DNA from: Octopus bimaculoides
Lineage: Eukaryota
Assembly: GCF_001194135.2 (NCBI RefSeq)
Contig: NC_068987.1
Coordinates: 21,888,775 to 21,944,503, forward strand
DNA: 55,729 nt
Direction of reading: 5' to 3'
Under the pieces are notes generated by a model. The model was not told where the DNA came from. It ran no database searches and saw nothing but the letters and a program-made list of their open reading frames with translations. Positions 50,085-55,729 of this stretch are shown here, piece by piece. The translations under genes and the position numbers were made by a program. Position 1 is the first letter of the stretch. Each line of letters opens with the position of its first letter.

Positions 50085-50292
50085 TAGATTTTCTACAGCT
50101 GGATGCCCTTCATATCATCAACCATCACTTGTTTCCAAGCAAGGTAATATTTCTCTGTGACTGGGCATATTTTAATGTAAGATTGCAAATGAACAACACT
50201 GCTTCTATGATGGTGACACTAATTTACAACTACTACGCAATGTGAAGATGAAGAGGCACAAGTACATACATGCATTTACATATACTAACTAC

Positions 50293-50339
<47 letters not shown>

Positions 50340-50590
50340 TGAAACACCTATTTACAACTAACATGTGACATCAAGGTAAGGAGACAGTACCACACACACA
50401 CTGACACGCACACACACACACACATATGCATAAATATATGACATGCTTCTTTCAGTTTCCATCCGCCAAATCCATTCACAAGGCTTCAGTTAGCTCAGGG
50501 CTATAGTAGAAGACACTTGCCGAAGGTTCCACACAGTAGGACTGAACCCTGAACTATGAGGTTGAGAAGCAAACTTCTTACCATGCAGCG
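50085..50590 (-). mobile_element. Composite SINE: A-type head, (TG)n, then C body
   Basis: A head at 50440-50590; C body at 50085-50390. Confidence 0.8.
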
Positions 50591-51300
50591 ACACTTTTTC
50601 ATTCACTTTCCATGTACCAAATCCACTTAGACCAAAACTTTACTAAAAGACATTTACCCAAGGTTCAACACAGAGATTCTGAAACCAAAAGTCAATGCAC
50701 AGCAATGGCATCCTAGGCAAGTGACTTCAACAATAGCTCCTACATTCATCAAAGCTTTGAGAGTTGATTTGGCAGAGAGAAAAGTAGGATAGGCATGGGT
50801 GGATTGCTTTTGCTCATAATTTCATTTGATTAGGACCAACTTGGAAATAAACAACTTGGGAATGAACAACAACAATAACAACTTGAGAAAATTGCCAGAC
50901 ATTTCACAAATGCCCCATGACATCACATTTCAGAGGTTAAGCTTTTGCAGTCCAAGTGCAAGAGACAGTTATTAAGTACTTCTTAAACGAAAGAGACTTT
51001 GAAGTACTGAAATCCCAAAGACATGACAGAAAATGTTGGATTATGCCAGTTGTATGTGGAGGACATTAGGACAATCAATACACATGTAATTAACAGCTTC
51101 TTGGAAAGTGACATCAAGCTTCTGCCATTTGATGTAATATGGCATTGATGTTAAAACACTAGACAATGCCACCCACAGGGAAGACTGTCTTGGGAGAAAT
51201 ATAAACATAAAGAAAAACACAATACCCAATGTTATCTATAAGAAAGACTGCCTTAAGACAAACATGAAAGCAAATATTTTTAATGTTGAATATAATCATA

Positions 51301-52372
51301 CAAAGTCTGATCAAAAAGTACTGAGATTGTTGCTATGGTAACAGCGCCAAAGAATGCAGAGTAAAGCCACTTGGCACAGATTGACCTTGAGCCCTGTTGC
51401 ACACGTACACTAAGTTATAACGTTCTTGCTCACTTCTGTTCTTTCTAGCAGAGCTTGGAGGCCAAGTGTGTAGCATGTGGCTGTCTCATCACATACAGAG
51501 GTTCCATCAGTGTAAGTGAGAAAAATGAGCTAAGAATCAGCATCAAATTTTGCCAAAATTCTGGTGATATCCTCACAGAGACCTATGCAAAGTTGTATAA
51601 ATTGTATGGAGTGGAATGTATGAGCTGAACACAAGTGTATAAGTGGTTCAAACATTTCCAAGATGACCAACAAAATGTTAACATTGATGCACATTCTGGG
51701 AGACTCACAACTAACAGAACTGATGAGACCATCACAAATGTGCATGCAACTGTTCAGAAAGATTATCGCATCACCATGCATGAGTTGAGTTACAGTTCAG
51801 TTTAATCCATTCTCACTGAAGATTTGGGAATAGGATGTTTGTCTGCCTAAACTGATTTCAGTTGATCAGAAAGAAGACCATGTTTCTGCTGCGCAGGATC
51901 TTCTTGTGTTGAGGAAGATGAAAACTTTTTGAAAACGGTCATAACAGGTAACAAATTGTGGTCTATGACTATTTCCCTGAAACCAAAGCTCTGATTTTTG
52001 CAGTTGAAGATCCTAAACTCTCCAAGACTGAAGAAAGCACAAATGAGCCAAAGCAATGTAAAGACACAGTTGACAGTTTTCTTTGGTTACATGGGCATTG
52101 TCCATCATGAGTACACTCCATCTGGTCAGACAGTAAACAAGGCATACCATTGGGACATGTTGCAGCATTTGGGGGATGCTGTTCATTGGAAAAGGATAGA
52201 AGTGCACGAATGGCGACTCCACCATGACACTGCACCTACCTATTCAACACAGCTTGTGCAGCAGTTTTTGGCCAAGCACAACATTCCTCCAGGTCTGATA
52301 ACCACCATATTCCCCAGCCCTCATCCCTTCCAACTTTTTCCTCTTTCCAAAAATCAAATCCCACTATATAAA
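51301..52372 (+). pseudogene. Mariner (DD34D) element: left TIR plus nearly complete decayed transposase, right end missing
   Basis: TA|CAAAGTCTGATCAAAAAGTACTGAGATT; LRISIKFCQ...VYKWFKHFQ...SGR; FLKTVITGNKLWVY; TVFFGYMGIVHHEY..SGQTVNKAY; LHHDTAP; PPYSP..PSNFFLFPKIK. Multiple stops and frameshifts. Confidence 0.93.
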
Positions 52373-52486
52373 ATGTTGAATGTTTTGGTGCATGACTTTT
52401 GGCCAACTCTGTACACACCACACACATACACACAGGGGGTACCCATATACAAATGGTTCTCTATATGAACAAATCAAATAAATTGA

Positions 52487-52701
52487 TTTCAAATTTTGGC
52501 ACAAGGCCAGCAATTTCAGGGTAGTGATGGCTAAGTCAATTACATCGACCCCAGTACTCGACTGGTACTTATTTCATTAACCCCGAAAAAATGAAAGACA
52601 AAGTCAACCTTGGCAGAATCTGAACTCAGAATGTAAAGACAGATGAAATGCCATTAAGCATTTTACCCAGTGTACAAATGATTCCACCAGCTCGCTGCCT
52701 T
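52487..52701 (-). mobile_element. SINE family D
   Basis: Full core, flanked by copies of ACAAATYRAATARATTG. Confidence 0.9.
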
Positions 52702-52719
52702 AACAAATTGAATAGATTG

Positions 52720-52934
52720 TTTATTGCTCTGGGCACAAGGCCTCAAATTTTGGGGGAGGGGGGGCCAGTCGATTAGATTGACCCCAGTACACAACTGGTA
52801 TTTAATTCATCAACCCCGAAAGGATGAAAGGCAAAGTTGACCTCAGCAGAATGTGAAATCAGAATGTAAAGACAGATGAAATACCGCTCAGCATTTTGCT
52901 TGGCATGCTAACATTTCTGCCAGCTTGCTACCTT
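52720..52934 (-). mobile_element. SINE family D (second tandem copy)
   Basis: Full core, flanked by the same 17-mer. Confidence 0.9.
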
Positions 52935-53491
52935 ACAAATTGAATAAATTGACCAATGAATGAATGTGAATGGATTTTATCAAAGAAAATTAAACTCATA
53001 TAATGAGCAGAAACATAATCAACGAACAGTGAGGAGACTCTCACATGCATATAAGCTCATTGACTTAATGCACTGAAATTTGAACAACAAACCACAAGTA
53101 GATTATACACACATAAAAGTGGCTGGAAGGGTGTGTACAGATGGTTCATTAACGTTCATGTATGTATTTCATGTAACTTGCAAAATTTCATATTTTATAT
53201 AGAAAATAACATTTCTCTCTTTATTTTTTATTTTTTTTGCTAAAAACATAACCATGATTTGACAGAAACAAGATAAGGAGAGAGAAAAAGCACACACACA
53301 CGTAAACATATATATTTATGTATTTGCTAATGATTAGCAGACAAAACATCATTTTATGCCTTGGTGTGGAACTCGAGTACTGAGAATGGATTACCCCAAT
53401 TCATATATATTTCAATTACTCTTGTGAACAATTTAGTTAACGAACAGGGCTCCAAAACATTATGCTTGTATATAGAAACCCCACGGTTTTT

Positions 53492-53559
<68 letters not shown>

Positions 53560-53560
<1 letters not shown>

Positions 53561-53838
53561 CAGGGCAGGTGTGGCTGTGCTTCCCAACCACATGATTCTG
53601 GNNNNNNNNNNNNNNNNNNNNNNNNNNNNNNNNNNNNNNNNNNNNNNNNNNNNNNNNNNNNNNNNNNNNNNNNNNNNNNNNNNNNNNNNNNNNNNNNNNN
53701 NNNNNNNNNNNNNNNNNNNNNNNNNNNNNNNNNNNNNNNNNNNNNNNNNNNNNNNNNNNNNNNNNNNNNNNNNNNNNNNNNNNNTCAACCAAACCCTTGT
53801 GAGTGGATTTGGCAGATGAAAACTGAAAGAAGCCCATC

Positions 53839-53840
<2 letters not shown>
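53560..53840 (+). mobile_element. SINE family A head spanning a gap
   Basis: GGTGTGGCTGTGCTTCCCAACCACATG...CCTTGTGAGTGGATTTGGCAGATGAAAACTGAAAGAAGCCC. Confidence 0.8.
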
Positions 53841-53869
<29 letters not shown>

Positions 53870-54732
53870 TATATAGCAATAAGAAAAGGGAGGGGAATAT
53901 GAGGTACTCATCAACTTGCAGATTAATCCGTTTATTTTACAACCAAAAGGACAATAAAGACAATATACAGACACTTATGACATACTATGTCATATCAACA
54001 ATTAAAATTTCAAATTTAAAAGGACATCTAGCAACTGAAGAAGGGACAAAATCTTACAGCTGTTTTGGCCTAGCGTTGGCATGCCCCATTCTATCTATAT
54101 AGCTCCAGTACTCTGGAGTGATTGGTAGATGAAAAGGGTGCAATGGGGGTACATGCATGGTTCACTAGGCCTCTTCAGAGATTTACAAAATTCAATTCAT
54201 GAATTTTGCAAAATTCAAATACAAATATAAAAATAAAAATATAAAAGCATATACTTGGCATTGCTCAGGATATAGATAGCATAGTTCGTATATTAGGTAC
54301 AGTTAAGTTGAAACATGTGATACAGGGATGTGCAACATTGATGACAAAACATAGTAATTGACAAAATATAGTAAATGAAGGGCTAATTTGACTAAGTGAA
54401 ATGCTGCATCTGTTTGGAAGTTTCCAGGCCCTAACCATGTCATGGAAAAGTGTGTGTGTGTGGGGGGGGGGATTTTGACTGTGCCAAAAAGCCCTCAGTG
54501 GATATATTCTCCTTTGTGGTTGTCAGCACTGCCACTACCACACTGAACAATAAGCAGACATAGAAACTACATCTAAGTGTGTGTGTGCATATAATATCAT
54601 CATTTTAACACTCACATTTCCATGCTTGCATCAGGCATCAAATGGAATTTGTCCAAGTAGATTTTTCTTATTGCTGGATGCCTTTCCTGTCACCAAGCCT
54701 CACTTGTTTGCAAGTACAATATTATTTCCCTT

Positions 54733-55572
54733 TGATCATACTGCTGCACCTCTTACATGTCTAAAGCTTGCACTGAGTACAATATATGGAGTTTCTACCA
54801 ACGTATGGAGTTTCTTCTAATATATTGAGGAGGGTCATCTCTCTGAAGGGACTTCTGAATTGTCTGTTTTCCTACTTACTAGGGCTTTGGCTTTTGCTAA
54901 ATTAACTCTAAGGGCCTTAGATTCCAGGCCTTGCTTCCATACCTGAAATTTCTTCTCTAGGTCAAGTAGTGATTCAGCTATGAGAACAAGGTCATCAGTA
55001 TAAAGGAGCTCCCAGAGGCAGCTGGTCTCGAATTTCTCTGTTAATGCTTGGAGGACTTAAGATAAACAAGAGATGTGCGGGTAGCACATAAAAGACACCA
55101 TTTTGAGCGTGGCCGTTGCCAGTACCGCCTGACTGGCCCTCGTGCAGGTGACACGTGAAAGCACCCACTACACTCTCTGAGTGGTTGGCGTTAGGAAGGG
55201 CATCCAGCTGTAGAAACTCTGCCAAATTAGATTGGAGCCTGGTGTTGCCATCCGGTTTCACCAGTCTTCAGTCAAATCGTCCAACCCATGCTAGCATGGA
55301 AAGCGGACATTAAACGATGATGATGATGATGATGAAGAGAGGGCAGAGAAGTGATCCTTGATGAATTCCTACCTGTACACTGAAGTCATGCTATACTCAT
55401 TGCCAACCTTCGCTTTACTGGCAGCATCCCTGTACATGGCTTGTACAGCTCTCAATAACTACTCATTTATCCCTAGCTTCTGCATTAACCGCTAGATAAG
55501 GGAGCAAGGGACCCTGACAAAGGCTTTCTCCATGTCAACAAAAGCCAAGTACAGAGGTTTATTTTTGGCTAA
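54733..55572 (-). pseudogene. Older RTE reverse transcriptase fragment split by a young B insertion
   Basis: LAKNKPLYLAFVDMEKAFVRVP...VGIHQGSLLCPLLFI..LQALTEKFETSCLWELLYTDDLVLIAES...GLESKGLRVNLAK...VGRNSIYCTQCKL*TCKRCS once 55074-55340 is removed. Confidence 0.92.
55074..55334 (+). mobile_element. RTE 3' end (family B), young, with 6-bp TSD AAGAGA
   Basis: TSD at 55068-55073 and 55335-55340; (GAT)n tail. Confidence 0.95.
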
Positions 55573-55729
55573 TCATCATCATCATCATCATCGTTTAACG
55601 TCCGCTTTCCATGCTAGCATGGGTTGGACGATTTGACTGAGGACTGGTGAAACCGGATGGCAACACCAGGCTCCAGTCTGATTTGGCAGAGTTTCTACAG
55701 CTGGATGCCCTTCCTAACGCCAACCACTC
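55573..55729 (-). mobile_element. RTE 3' end (family B), young, cut by the window end
   Basis: (CAT)n followed by CGTTTAACGTCCGCTTTCCATGCTAGC core. Confidence 0.93.

Noticed and set aside
51998-52468. Intact or domesticated transposase gene
   Set aside because: Only part of a decayed mariner; upstream stops and frameshifts, and two catalytic Asp positions read as Asn.
54733-55334. Twin-priming 5' inversion (plus 3' end joined to inverted RT)
   Set aside because: The RT continues on the far side of the insert and a 6-bp TSD is present, so this is simple nesting.

Overview
AT-rich, microsatellite-dense animal genomic DNA with 14 assembly gaps (about 6 kb of N). The repeat families look like those I recognise from octopus genomes (inference from memory, not a database search). 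I found no credible host protein-coding gene, rRNA, true tRNA gene or CRISPR array, so the window is intergenic or lies in a large intron. Almost all ORFs in the track are microsatellite or N-gap artefacts. The interpretable content is transposon debris: (1) several tRNA-headed SINE families, which I label A, C, D and E; (2) many copies of an RTE-LINE 3' end (B) plus four RTE ORF fragments; (3) a CR1/L2-type RT fragment; (4) a Penelope-like element (RT C-terminus plus GIY-YIG); (5) Tc1/mariner fossils of at least four kinds, including an Hsmar1/cecropia-like one and a DD37D maT-like one; (6) hAT, Tc1/mariner and piggyBac-like MITEs; and (7) three minisatellites. The best second-look items are degenerate minimal hammerhead-ribozyme motifs, the Hsmar1-like mariner, modular SINE architecture, a frame-preserving 30-bp repeat ORF, a splice acceptor in frame with an RTE ORF, and several inverted or target-reuse structures. 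I do not see strong evidence for a new gene system.
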